From NCBI GenBank assembly GCA_951406725.2, contig OX597816.1, forward strand, positions 130,324,001 to 130,388,000: a DNA stretch of 64,000 bases. The letters are read 5' to 3'. This stretch comes from Octopus vulgaris. Lineage: Eukaryota. The position numbers and the translations under genes were made by a program. The first letter of the stretch is position 1. Each line of letters opens with the position of its first letter. Of this stretch, positions 26,876-39,247 are shown in pieces. The notes under the pieces are model-generated. The model was not told the DNA's origin. It did no database searches and worked only from the letters and a program-made list of their open reading frames with translations.

Positions 26876-27066
26876 TCAAGGTGACATTCGTAGTGCTCCA
26901 TCAATACGTATCACCTCTCCGTTCAACATTGGATTTTCAATAATAGACTGTACGAGGTGAGCATATTCTGCAGGATCACCAAGTCTGTTGGGAAATGGGA
27001 CTGTAGATGCTAAGTATTTCCTCACTTTCTCAGGCAGGTCTGCCAACAATGGAGTATCATAGAGAC
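26876..27066 (-). CDS. HSD17B10: HSD17B10 (3-hydroxyacyl-CoA dehydrogenase type 2 / MRPP2 / scully) coding exon 5, with stop
   Basis: 191-nt exon encoding (G)[62 protein letters not shown]. Confidence 0.96.
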
Positions 27067-27535
27067 CTATAAATAAAAAAAAAGCAATCATTTACATTTA
27101 AAAGCAAAAAAGAAAACAAGCTGGTTCAATGTAACACCTGTCTTTCCAGTCACAAACCTTATAGAATGCATAACATATAATCTAATTCATCTAATACTAT
27201 TCATCTTGTCACAAACTCATTGTTGACATTTAAAACATTTTTTAAAAACTGCAGCCTGGAATTCTCCTGCAAGTCAACTCCACTTCCTTAAAAACTAAAC
27301 TGTGACAATACTAGATATAGTTATCCATACATATATATATATCCATATATAGAAAGTCTGAGAAGACTTACAATGATGATGGGCACTTTCTCTTTTCAAG
27401 CTTTCAACAAAAGAAAAACGAATGGAATATGTTTTAAATCAAATCTCTTAGTGCCAATTCTGACTATTAACTCACTCGGTCTTGAAATGAGAAGACATTT
27501 TCCAGGCAAATTTCAACAACTTGCTAACTTTAAAC

Positions 27536-27762
27536 CGGTGATTCTCAACCATTTTTTTCCATCTAGAGATCTCCTTTGATTATTTTACTTTGGTGGACCC
27601 TCACTCAATGTTTAAAAAGTCCTATTGTATTATAATTATTAAACATTAGGAATTATATTTAAAAAATTGTTAAAATATTTGGTGTATTGTAAAATTATAA
27701 GCAACTTAATGTTCATAAATTTAAACAAAATATCTTATATGGACCCTGGTTGAGAACCACTG
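27536..27762. mobile_element. hAT (Charlie/Buster-like) MITE
   Basis: TIRs cggtgattctcaacc / ggttgagaaccactg and a perfect 8-bp TSD ctttaaac (27528-27535, 27763-27770). Confidence 0.9.
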
Positions 27763-27957
27763 CTTTAAACTCAAACTAATTCAGCCATATATATATATAT
27801 ATATATGTAAAAGTAAAAAAAAAAAATACAAACTGGGACAAGAACGTGAAACAACTAGAAGACGACACAAGAAACACAGGACGGGACATTCGAAGCCCTC
27901 AATCATCAGTCAAGAACTGGATCATCTTCGCAATTTCGGCTGATTACACACACGTGT

Positions 27958-28041
<84 letters not shown>

Positions 28042-28069
28042 ATATATATATATATATAACACATATATA

Positions 28070-28379
28070 TCATGTGATCACGTGACTGACCAGGCTATCA
28101 GATGTTGCTACATATCGCTGGTCACAATGCGCTTCATATTGTTTTAGCCTTCAAATGATGCCACCCCGCTGGCTAAGCGAGCAGGCCAACAGAAGAGTGA
28201 GAGAAAGTTGTGGTGAAAGAGCACAGCAGGGAAGCCCCCTCCCTCCCCACTGCCGGAACCTCATGGAGCTTTAGATGTTTCGGCTCAATAAACACTCACA
28301 ATGCCCGGTCTGGGAATTGAAACCGCGATCCTACGACCGCAAGTCCGCTGCCCTAACTACTGGGTCATTGCGCCTCCAC
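28070..28379 (-). mobile_element. tRNA-derived SINE (third family)
   Basis: Minus-strand head gtggaggcgcaatgacccagtagttagggcagcggacttgcggtcgtaggatcgcggtttcaattccc, followed by a non-tRNA body. Confidence 0.75.
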
Positions 28380-29651
28380 ACACATATATATCTTCTCCAA
28401 GTCTTATTTTAAATAATTTATTTTTATGGGAGGATGCAAGGATTAATAATATTGGTTTCTGATATAAGCAACCCAAAGTATGATGGAGAAGAAGAGTTAC
28501 ATCAACCATTTTTTGACAGGTTCTTATCTTTTTCTCAGTCTTGAAAAGATGAAAGGTAAACTTTCATTTTTTGATAACAGTGGTTTTTGAACTGAGAACA
28601 TATCTAAATTTCACAAAGCATTTAGTTTGGAACTCTAGAGATTTTTCTATCAAGTGTCCTTAATACATATTGATATTGCTTTCATTATTTAAGTTTTCAG
28701 ATGACCATATTTACCATGTAAAAATGAAATAAATGAAACATTCCACCATGTAAAACTCTAAAATTTATTTTACCACACATAAAAAATTAAAGTCTCTAAA
28801 ACTAAACAAAGAGTGTGAGTGTATGTGTATAAATATATATAAATATGATAGAGAAGCAGTTGCATGGCTTTGTGGGTGCAAAGCTTGCTTTGTTGCCATG
28901 TGGTTTTGGGATCAATCTCCTAGCATGGCACTTTGAGGAAGTGTCTTTTCCAGTAGCATTGGGTTGAACAATGCCTTGTGGGTGAAATTGCTAGAAGGAA
29001 ATTGTATGGAAGCCTGTAATATGTGTGTGCCAACATTCCTCACATTGCATGAAAAGCACTGAGTTAAAGATAATATTTGATGACTTTCCTTGCAAACAAA
29101 ATCATTCTCTAGCTATGCACTTCTGAAGGTGTATGGAATAAAACATCCCTTATTTGAAAATCAGATAAGGGTTAATGACATGAAAGACATCTGGTTGTAA
29201 AACAGTGCCTCAATAATATGTATTCATCCAACCAATGTTATATGGATGTATTATATCTTGTGCATACAGTTAGAGATACAACTACTGTTGATTTTAGAGC
29301 TTCGTGTAGATTTTTATCATCCAGTCTGCTTCCAGTACAGTGCTTAGGTTTCTCCTGATTATAAAACCCAGAGCAAATGTAGGAGAAATTATGATGAAGA
29401 CAAATTTATATCATTTGTTTCCTACATGTATTTTACTGTTGTGGTAGATTGAAATGACAGCCCTGGATATTCCAAGTGCAACTGGATGCTTAAAAACAAC
29501 AGATCATCAGGGGAACACTTGCCACATGGAATACTGCTGTTCCAAACAATCAAAACAGTGAAACATAAAGAAGGAAATGAAATTTTTTTATCAATTTCTC
29601 GCATGCATGTAGAGCCTGAATATTCAAGGGAGATAATAATAAATGACTTAC

Positions 29652-29889
29652 CTGGAGCAACAGTCATACAACGAATTCCTTGAGATGCAAGGTCTCTAGC
29701 AAGGGGCAAAGTCATACCAACAATTGCTCCTTTGCTAGCTGAATAAGCAACTTGACCCATTTGTCCATCAAAGGCTGCAACACTAGCTGTATTAACAACA
29801 ACACCTCTATGCCCACCAGCATTTGGCTCATTTTTGCCCATCAAACCAACAGCAAGCCTGATTACATTAAAAGATCCACAAGTGTTCAC
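29652..29889 (-). CDS. HSD17B10: HSD17B10 coding exon 4
   Basis: 238-nt exon with SDR catalytic residues NTASVAA and YSASK. Donor gtaagt. Confidence 0.96.
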
Positions 29890-30169
29890 CTTTAAAACAA
29901 AGTAGATGCAACTTAAGTTCGCATAAATAACACATTCAAGTCTTTATTCTATGAGCCAAGTTAAAAAAAAAAATCCAATTTATGCAACCAAACTTCTCTT
30001 ACATGAGATACTGATTTATTATTATTTGCAATGAATTTTTGCCATTGGATAAAACTAGTCTCAAAACTACATTTATGTTTAGATTACTGCTATTTAGGAC
30101 CTTATTAATGTGGGAATCATATTTCAGATATTAAAACTGTAAATAACACTATAGCTATTCTAGTAATAC

Positions 30170-31860
30170 CTCATCACCATCATTTAACGTCTGTTTTCCA
30201 TGCTAGCATGGGTTGGACGGTTTGACCGAGGTCTGGAGAGCCAGCAGCTGCACCAGGCTCCAATCTGATCTGGCAATGTTTCTACAGATGGATGCCCTTC
30301 CTAACACCAAACACTTTGAGAGTGTAGTGGGTGCTTTTTATGAGCGGCTAGCTCAGGAGCCAGTCAAGTGGGCTGGCAATGATCACATTTGGATGGTGCT
30401 TTTTACGTACCACCGGCACAGAAGCCACACTCTTCACTACACTCGTTACCAACCCTCACTTTACTGACAGCATCCCTGTACAGAGCTTGTACAGCTCTTA
30501 CCAGCCACTTATCTATTCCCAGTTTCCGCATTGACCACCAGATAAGGGATTGGGGGATCATGTCAAAGGCTTTCTCCAAATCAACAAAAGCCAAGTACAA
30601 AGGTTTATCTTTGGCTAGATATCTCTCCTGCAGTTGCCTTATCAGAAATATAGCATCAGTGGTGCTTCTGCCTGGCACAAAACCGAACTGCATCTCATCT
30701 AGGCTAACTCTCTCCGTAATTAGTTGGGCTATGACCCTTTCTGTAACTTAAATCACCTGATCCAATAATTTGATACGCCTGTAGTTATTTCTATCTAAAG
30801 CATCACCTTTACCCTTGTAGCAGTAGACTATGGTGCTGCTGCACTAGTCATTAGATATGACTCCTTCATGAACTACCTGATTTACAATGCAGGTGACAAG
30901 ATCATAACCCACACTGCTCGATACTTTAAGCATCCCAGTGGTGATTCCTGATGGACCAGGTGCTTTCCCTGTCTTCATATCCTTAATTGCTTTATCTACC
31001 TGGGTACTGTCAATTCAGATAGCTGGTCTCTCAATTGGGTCAATCTTTGGCAGACTCTCCTCCCCACATTCATTCTCCACAGCAGTCTTTCATAATGGCT
31101 TCTCCAAGCCTCTTTCTTTGCAGAATCATTAAATGGAAGGGTACAATCATCCATGTGGACACATTTCTCTCCTATGACATCATGGTTTTCTCACACACAG
31201 TCTTGCAATCTATTGGACCTCACATAGCTGAACATTGGGTAACTACTACTTTTCTGCTACTCCCTTGGCTATATATACTTGTCTCTTAGCTTCCCTTTTG
31301 GCTATCTGATACATTCTCTTGCTACCCCAACTCTTCCAGGCATTCCAAGCCCGTTTCTTTGCTCTATTGGCCCTGTCTACAGTATTGTTCCACCATCATG
31401 TTAACCTAGGTCTGGAAAGGATTTTGCATCAGCCACAGATTTGGTCTGTGGCACTCAGCAAGCTGTCTTGCAGGAATTACCAGCTGCCTTCTATGTCACA
31501 GGACTAGCTCCTCCTCCCTATCATCAAATTTCTCAGTATGGATATCTCTAAATCTCTGACCATGTGAAGGGTTCCTAAGCTTCCAAGTCCTTCTTTTCCA
31601 GATTGGTCTGGTTTTTGGCATCCTTCTGGCCTCGAGTCTAAAGTCACTAATAACTTGTCTATGTTGGGGTGGGGGGTACATTCTTCACCAGGGAAGGTTT
31701 TTGTATTTAAGAACAACCATGCATCCTGTTGTCTGATGAGAATGAAATCAATCTGGCTAGTAGTCACCTGATCAATAGGTTATCAGGTGGATAGCTGGCT
31801 TCCTGAAGTTGGTGTTGCAGATCAATAGGTTATATGCATCGTAGAACTCCAGGAGCCTAC
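30170..31860 (-). mobile_element. Degenerate RTE LINE, 5'-truncated and internally deleted
   Basis: Fragments LLEFYDAYNLLICNTNFRKP, SQIDFIL, FPGEECTP, MQFGFVPGRSTTDAIF and DLEKAFD with frameshifts. RT is joined directly to the 3' UTR near 30425. Confidence 0.92.
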
Positions 31861-32233
31861 CAACATCATTTGAGATATACAGAGATAGATTATGGTTTAC
31901 AAATAAATAGAAAGACTTTGCTCTTTTTGTTTTGATAATTGAAAATCCTTGTAAGAAAATATTAATTGAAAGATTATTTATACCTTCACATATTTTGTCA
32001 CACAATTTCATTATTGACCAAACAATAGTTAAGAGAGTTGATCAGAAAAAGCAATTTCCAGAAGAATTTAAATAAAATATATTCTCTACCAGCCCACAAA
32101 TTATAGTCTGATCAGTGTTCTTCTAACCCATTCTTCATGAATTAATGTTTTATAATACTCACATAAACGTTTTTTTTTAACTACAGTAGCAGTTATATTT
32201 AGTGACTTCTGACTTACAAATTGAAATATTTAA

Positions 32234-32444
32234 CCCTTTAGCAATCAGATTATTCTGTCAAATGTAATGCTTTTTAATTCACATTGTCTTAATTATGCAT
32301 TATCTCATAGCATTGAAATCTTTATGATGTGATTGTATATTTTAAAAATAACATTGAAGGGTAGGTGTGATAGGCTGGATCTGGCAGTTTGAACATAAAA
32401 CATAGCATATTTGGACTGTTAGAGCTGGTTTAAATGCTGGAGGG
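32234..32444. mobile_element. piggyBac-type MITE (second, truncated copy in opposite orientation at ~7876-8090)
   Basis: TTAA|ccctttagca ... tgctggaggg|TTAA. The internal sequence is the reverse complement of 7876-8090. Confidence 0.8.
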
Positions 32445-32765
32445 TTAAATCTCTCTTTTCAAACACTTCCCAGCATTGTAGAAGTTCTAAATTTTTCAGA
32501 TTTAATTGTTCATAATGAAAATTACAGATTTGCTACATGTTATATTAACTGCACAATTAGCAACTTCTGATACATAGTTTTTTTTTTTTTTTTTTTTAAA
32601 TACTTATTGATCTGAGAAACAAGTACTTTGTTAAAACAGACCATTATAATTATTTAAGAAAAAATTCACTGAGTATATATGCATTTCTATATATATCTCA
32701 TCATCATTTAACGTCCATTTTCCATGCTGGTTGGACAGTTTGACAGGAACAGGGAAGTCAGAATA

Positions 32766-32876
32766 CTACAAGCTCTTAAAATTGTAGACTTTGAAAGCTA
32801 CAATACCAGCACAATTTACCATTGCATCAAGCCGACCAAAGTGGTTTTTGGCAATTGCTTGTGCTTTACTCATCAT
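32766..32876 (-). pseudogene. Partial duplicate of HSD17B10 exon 3 within intron 3
   Basis: Reads [36 protein letters not shown]. It is colinear with exon 3 ([31 protein letters not shown]) apart from one codon deletion. Confidence 0.9.
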
Positions 32877-32909
32877 CTATTTAATTTCTCTAATACATAC
32901 ATACACGTG

Positions 32910-32959
<50 letters not shown>

Positions 32960-33807
32960 TACACATGTATATAGAGAGATTTATAAGTTGTTTGTATATG
33001 ACAAACTTTAGATGAATTTAAAAGTTAAATAAAAATTTATAACAATGTACAATCAAAAGCAGAATACATATGATCATGAAGCTTAATCCCATCATCTTTA
33101 AATGATGTGGAGTGATTTGTACATATATGAAACTCTTAATAGAAAAATCTATACAACCTTTTGGACAGTGTTAACTGTCTGAACAATATTTAATTCTGAT
33201 GGAGTTACTGTTTTGGCAATACCCTAAAACCTAAACTATATGTCTAGTCCAAGATGTACTCAGAAGTTTCTATAACTTGTGATATTTCAGTTCATGACTA
33301 TTTTTCAACAATCTCAACTGAATTTAGTCAATTATAAGCATCTATAATGTTAAATATACAGGTTTCAACATCCCAGGAATTGATCACCATCCCAAATTCT
33401 ATAATTTCTGCTGTCAAAATTATATTTTCCACGTAATTTACTGGCTTTCTTTTTGGGTATTTTGAAGGAATGACAAGAAATGACATTGCAAGGCACTGCG
33501 TGTCATTTCATATACAAGCATTGAAGCCCAGGGGCTTCTACGTATGCTATAGTTGTGCATATGCAGAGGCCTCAGTGCATTTTACCTAGGAGCATCTAAT
33601 ACTATTAAAATATCCCTGATGAACAAGAAAAAATTATTCACTCACTTTTCTAGTAGTGTTTCAATGGTTTTTTTTTTTTTTAATCTTCTTAGTACAAATA
33701 TTTACATCTTACAGCTGCTATCTCGACAACTGCACAAATACAGAGAAAGAGTTTAATTTTAATGGCCCTTTCCGATGAGTAAAGTAAAAACAACACATTC
33801 AACTTAC

Positions 33808-33972
33808 TGAAAGAACTTTTTTGAAATCTTCATAGCTATGTGGCAATTCCTTTTTAAAATTGTAGACTTTGAAAGCTACACCAATTCCAGCACAATTCAC
33901 CACTGCATCAAGCCGACCAAAGCTGTTTTTGGCTATTGCTAGCGCATTATCAACATCAGCTTCAGATGTTAC
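33808..33972 (-). CDS. HSD17B10: HSD17B10 coding exon 3
   Basis: 165-nt exon encoding [55 protein letters not shown] (NCAG motif). Confidence 0.95.
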
Positions 33973-34719
33973 CTTATAATGAGAAAGCATAGAAAGGATA
34001 AATAAGGAACAGAAAAGTAGTTAATAAATTGTCAATAGTGGTTTACTGTTAATATTAAATTTCAAAATCTGCAATAGGAATCAGCAACAAATGAGCCACT
34101 GAGGTGTTCTTGGTGAGTCCTGGACATTTTCTAAAAGGTTTTCAGATGTAATGCATTTGTGGTTATTGAGCAGTTGATACCTTTAAGATGGTCTTTTGTG
34201 TCATGAATTGTTTAATTTGTGCATACATGAGCACCAAAAGTAATGGAAATGGGAAAGTACATGGGGATGTCTTAATATGTATGATATGATATAATTGTAG
34301 GCCATATAATATTTATGGCCAAATGTAAGAGAATCAAAAGTTGGCTGTTACAATAAGTTGATAACCTTTCAAGCATTTTAATATGAGCACACAAGGAAGA
34401 AAATGAGTATAATTGCCACCCTTAAAAACATATACAAGAAGTTTAGGAAATACATTAATACTCATAAATTTTTATTTACTTTTTCATTTTTCAGTGATAA
34501 TATAGAAGCAGAAGACCAAGGTGAACATAGGCAGAAGTGGTGAAATCTTATTTCAGAACCCTGAACATCATGAAGAAAATGATAGACAGAACAAGCTGTC
34601 AAGTGATGTACTGCGTAAGTTCTGTCCATCTCTTGCATGCACAAAAATACACATATAAAAAGAAGAATGCTGATGTTAGAATGATTGGGATGGCTTTTAC
34701 AAATTTGATCATATGCATA

Positions 34720-35794
34720 TTGAAATAATTATTTTAAGAGCAGGATGTTCTTCCTACAACTAATCCTCCAACAATCAAGTACCAATTATCCATTCCATGA
34801 GTATGCCTCTCACTGAGGAAATGACCAGCGACCGAGACCTTTGGAAATATGCAGTGCGTGAGAAGACCAGGCAGGACAAGTGAGTCCAGCCCACTTATGC
34901 ATGTCTTTCCTCCCTTGGACATACAAAGACTTGTTGAGGCAAGCGAAGTCGAAATCGAACCTCATCCGACGACAGGCATCCATGCCAACCCCGCTTCTCT
35001 GCTTGTGAAGACCTGTTGGGGCAAGTGAAATCGGAATCGAACCAATCCTATGACTGGCACCCGGCAGTTGCCAGGACCCCTGGACTGGTGGTACGTAAAA
35101 AGCACTATCCGAATCGTGGCTGATGCCAGCGCCGCCTCGACTGGTTTCTGTGCCGGTGGCACGTAAAAAGCACCATCTGAATCGTGGCCGATGCCAGTGC
35201 CGCCTTGACTGGCTTCCATGCCGGTGGCACGTAAAATGCACCAATCCGACTGTGGCCGTTGCCAGCCTCGCATGGCACCTGTGCAGGTGGCACGTAAAAA
35301 GTACCCACTACACTCACGGAGTGGTTGGCGTTAGGAAGGGCATCCAGCTGTAGAAACACTGCCAGATAAGACTGGAGCCTGGTGCAGCCTTCTGGCTTCC
35401 CAGATCCCCGGTCGAACCATCCAACCCATGCTAGCATGGAGAATGGACTTTAAACGATGATGATGATGATGAGTTTAGTCAGAACAGAGTGGTGGGAGAG
35501 GCTGCACTCAAGACATTTTGTCATGTATTTAGGAGCTCATTAATCCATCATTTCGAATTTTTGTGGTGTAATTAAAAGCTAAATAAACTAAAAAAAATAT
35601 TGCACCAACAAAATAATGGATTAATGAGCTCCGAAATACATGACAAAATGTCGAGTGTAGCCACTCCCACCACTCTGTTCTGACTAAACTATTTAAAAAA
35701 ATATAGCCATACTCATGGAATGGATAACTGGTACTTGATTGTTGGAGGATTAGTTGTAGGAAGAACATTCTGCCCTTAAAATAATTATTTTCAA
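34720..35794. repeat. Hairpin (foldback/MITE-like) element with ~180-bp arms; left arm split by an RTE insertion
   Basis: 34720-34805 is the reverse complement of 35708-35794, and 35472-35553 is the reverse complement of 35611-35690. Confidence 0.88.
34806..35472 (+). mobile_element. RTE 3'-end fragment (ORF C-terminus + 3' UTR)
   Basis: Encodes LTEEMTSDRDLWKYAVREKTRQDK* (the full copy ends ...KTRQDQ*). About 4 array cores and a (GAT)n tail. Confidence 0.92.
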
Positions 35795-35886
35795 ATTAAA
35801 AAGATCCTAACAATACAAATCTGAAAAAAAAAAAATTATCATTACATTAGTATTTATTACTAATTTTGCTTTAATGTGTAACTTAC

Positions 35887-36051
35887 ATCGGTTGGTGCAA
35901 AGATACAGTTTCCTCCAAGCTTGCTTGCAACTTCAGCTCCTTTGGAGTTTGGCAAATCACACAGGATAACTCGAGATCCTTGTTGCACCAGTCTTTCTGC
36001 AACTGCACGACCTAAACCGGATGCCCCACCAGTCACCAATCCAACCAGGCC
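35887..36051 (-). CDS. HSD17B10: HSD17B10 coding exon 2 (not in ORF track)
   Basis: 165-nt exon encoding [55 protein letters not shown] (TGxxxGxG Rossmann motif). Confidence 0.96.
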
Positions 36052-38189
36052 CTAGTGAAATAAACGAGGAATGTACAAATAATTTAGTAAATAAGAAATT
36101 AGAAAAAAAGTCAAAATGATTCATGATAATAGGGTTAGTACATCACTGAGAGGCTTTTCTGGTTAGTATTGCATCGTCTGTTTTGGAGATCATTTTAAAG
36201 TCAAGTTTCCTATAAATATACCAATTGATAAGAAACAAATTGTCACATTGGACATGTGAGTATTAAGCACAATTTTTGTCTTTTAGGAAATGCCTAACTC
36301 CAGTCCTCTGGATAAGTCCTACAATGTAAATTATCTCCTTACACTTAGACATTGAAGTTTTATACTCTCTCTCTATGAATTTCATCTTGGACCTGCTATA
36401 TATATAGTTGGCAAATCTGCCTCAAATTTCTGAAAAGATTGAACACAGATGGGACAGTTTTGATCATAAGTCTGCTCAATCAATGCTGACATAGATCTGA
36501 ACAATGGATCTTGTTCATATGAACAAGCAAACTGTACCATCTGATTCATCAGCCACTCTTACCTTTGATTTAATTACTAAAGTCTGCATTAAACATATCA
36601 TCCAAATCTTTAACTCCAGAAATGCGAATGCTTTGATCTCCCTCCTTGTCCACAGCCTTTCTACAAGGTACAACCTAGAAAACATCAACTACACTGGTCT
36701 CACCAGCCTGGCATGGCTTGCAATAATTATAGGTAAGGTTTCATTTCCCCTTAACTAAAAGGTATTCAACCTTTTTGATATCAACATTCCTGTTGATAAA
36801 GTTGTATGATAAAATAGATCGTATTGAAATTAAAGCTGCCTATCATAATTTTATCTCAGAATATTGTATATCCCAAACTACTGTGTAAGGTGTCTATTTT
36901 ACTAAATCCCTCCAAATTCTCGATCACTTTCAAAATTAATTTTAAAACAGAAATAAATCAAAACAGTATATTTCAGAATGATTAAATGTATTTTATAGAG
37001 AATTTAAAAGCAACAGAGCAAAATATCTTCTTGAAGTCTGGAACATAACCTCAGTTTACTTTCAGCAAAATTTTAACTTAAGGTCAAAGCCTGCATCATA
37101 TTTCTCAGTGTTCTTTTTATATAATGCATTATCCACAAAGTAATTTACCCCTTCCGTTTTTTGCACGTAGACATGCATTACAGAAATTTATCCTTAGATT
37201 GACCAAAATATGAAATATAACGCCTATAAAATTATTTTATTTTAGAAAATTAAGATAAAAATATCAATATAATTATAAAATAGATAACTTTCGAAACATA
37301 ATTCTTCATTGTTCGCATACTGGGTCCTTTATTAACACTAAAGAATCGATTTTCGCTATGGCTTGAGATATAAGGTCACATAGACATAGCAAAAGAAATG
37401 AGCATATTTCTTTCAGAAACTGTCAAAAGTAAACGTTTATAAAAGTTGGTTATTATTAACAAGAGGGCGTGTGTATTAGTAATTGCGTCTTAAAGGTCAA
37501 TAATTACATCGGGGACATTATTTTTTAGTTGTTTGGATTAAGAGGAACCCCCACCCTAACATGTTGATGTTTTTCTCGAATCTCCTATTTGTTAACAATT
37601 TATGAGAATAAATTCTGATATTTTCTGTTTTAATTTTCTTACATTTTCAATGACGATATCCACAAGACAACTGCTGTCTACAACACCGGTAACTATATTT
37701 GTAAGAGTTTTCTTAGAACTATTTTATCAATACTCAGTCCAAATTTATAGAGCCGAGTTGAATACTATACAATTTACATCAAGGCAATTCGTGGCTCTCG
37801 AGGTTGTGTTGAACCTTTCTTAAAAAAGACGTCTCCGTTTAGAACAAAAGATATTTTGAAAACAGGAGGAAACAAAAATTAAACATCGCCAAATTGAGCA
37901 CTATCAGAAACAAGTATTAAACAAGCAATACGGAACTGACATTAAATTTATTTACAGTAAAAAAAAATGTAAATATTACAGAGATAATATCTTTTGTCGA
38001 GGAAGAAAAAAACCCATTAAAGTTACGCCACGTGTTCGAAGATAATAAAAGAAATGTTCGAATATAAAGATGGAATGCTATATAAAAGGCGTAAATATAC
38101 AAAGACTGACTACTATGAAATAACATTCAGCTGGTAAGAACAAAAAGAAATATGAAATGCAATAACAAAAGCTAGCAGCTCAAGTTTAC

Positions 38190-38210
38190 CTTCAAAGCAA
38201 TTATAGACAT
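38190..38210 (-). CDS. HSD17B10: HSD17B10 coding exon 1 (MSIIALK)
   Basis: agcATG TCT ATA ATT GCT TTG AAG|gtaaac. The phase-0 donor joins exon 2 and gives a 780-nt CDS (259 aa + stop). Confidence 0.8.
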
Positions 38211-38417
38211 GCTTCGACCTTCGTTGATAATAAAACACCTGTCAGGAACGATAACTCTTTGTTACTTCTGCTCAGATGTTAGGTGCTGTGAAGAAATAAA
38301 AAAAATTAGCATGCGTAAATAAATGAAAATGGAAAAATAAAACTTCTGACAATATGCAGATCCACTCTACACCTCGAATATATTACTTTTTTTTTCTTTT
38401 CTTTTTTATTTTTTAAA

Positions 38418-38925
38418 GCTGGTGAGCTGGCAAAATCATTAGCACGCCGGGCAAAATACTTTGCAGCATTTCGTCCATCTATACCAGTGGTTCTTGGAGG
38501 CGGTGCAAAGTTCTAAGAGGACGTTGAAGAAACGTGGGGCGATGATGGGGTAGCGATTCATGTAAAAATTGGGGCAATAATGGGGTGGCGATTCCTGTAA
38601 AAAGCAACAAAATAATGGGTTCATTAGGTTAAGTTTTATTTGTGAAATACAGTTGCTTTGAATTTGCTTTAGAAAGAGGTCTATATTTGTGATGGTTAGA
38701 CGGGATGGAGGCGGTAGGAATGTGGCCTGGGTCTCAAGGGGCGGCAGCTAGAAAAAGTTTGGGAACCACTGGTCTATACGGTCTGTGTTCAAATTCTGCC
38801 GAGGTCGTCTGCCTTTCATCTCCTTTCGGAGATCGATAGAATAAATACCAGTTGATTACTGGGTGAACGATGTAATCAACATATACTTTCTCCTGAACTT
38901 GCTGGCCTTGTGCCAAAATTTGTGC
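38418..38925 (+). mobile_element. SINE family B, interrupted by a hAT MITE (other copies at ~17520-17655, 45185-45360, 46410-46560, 60625-60830)
   Basis: gagctggca.aatc.ttagca head, gttcaaattctgccgaggtcg B-box region, and ataaataccagttg..tactggg tail. Confidence 0.8.
38485..38771. mobile_element. hAT (Charlie/Buster-like) MITE
   Basis: Termini cagtggttc / gaaccactg and an 8-bp TSD atctatac / gtctatac (one mismatch). Confidence 0.88.
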
Positions 38926-39247
38926 ATCCTTAATTTATATTCAATACTGTCATTGAATTACTGGTCCAAAGAAGCGGTGTAAAATGTTATAGCATTTTCA
39001 AGAATCTTCCAAACTGGTGAAGTTTGTTGTATTTGATTTTTTACTTCCGTAGATTGGTATTTGTAGAGGAAGCAAGGATAACTTAGAAGTGTTTTTACAA
39101 AGCAGTTGTTTTTCTTTTGGAAATCTTAGCAAAACAAGGTTTTGAGTAATGTGGGACATTATAGATGAGAAGACAAACATGATTTAGGAGAGGGTATATT
39201 CACAGTTTTTTTTTTTTTTTTATTCAGACGATCATAAACCTCATAGG

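Noticed and set aside
28300-28379. tRNA gene candidates (also 39250-39320 and 44330-44403)
   Set aside because: No proper acceptor stem or cloverleaf, and they run into repeat bodies. They are SINE heads.
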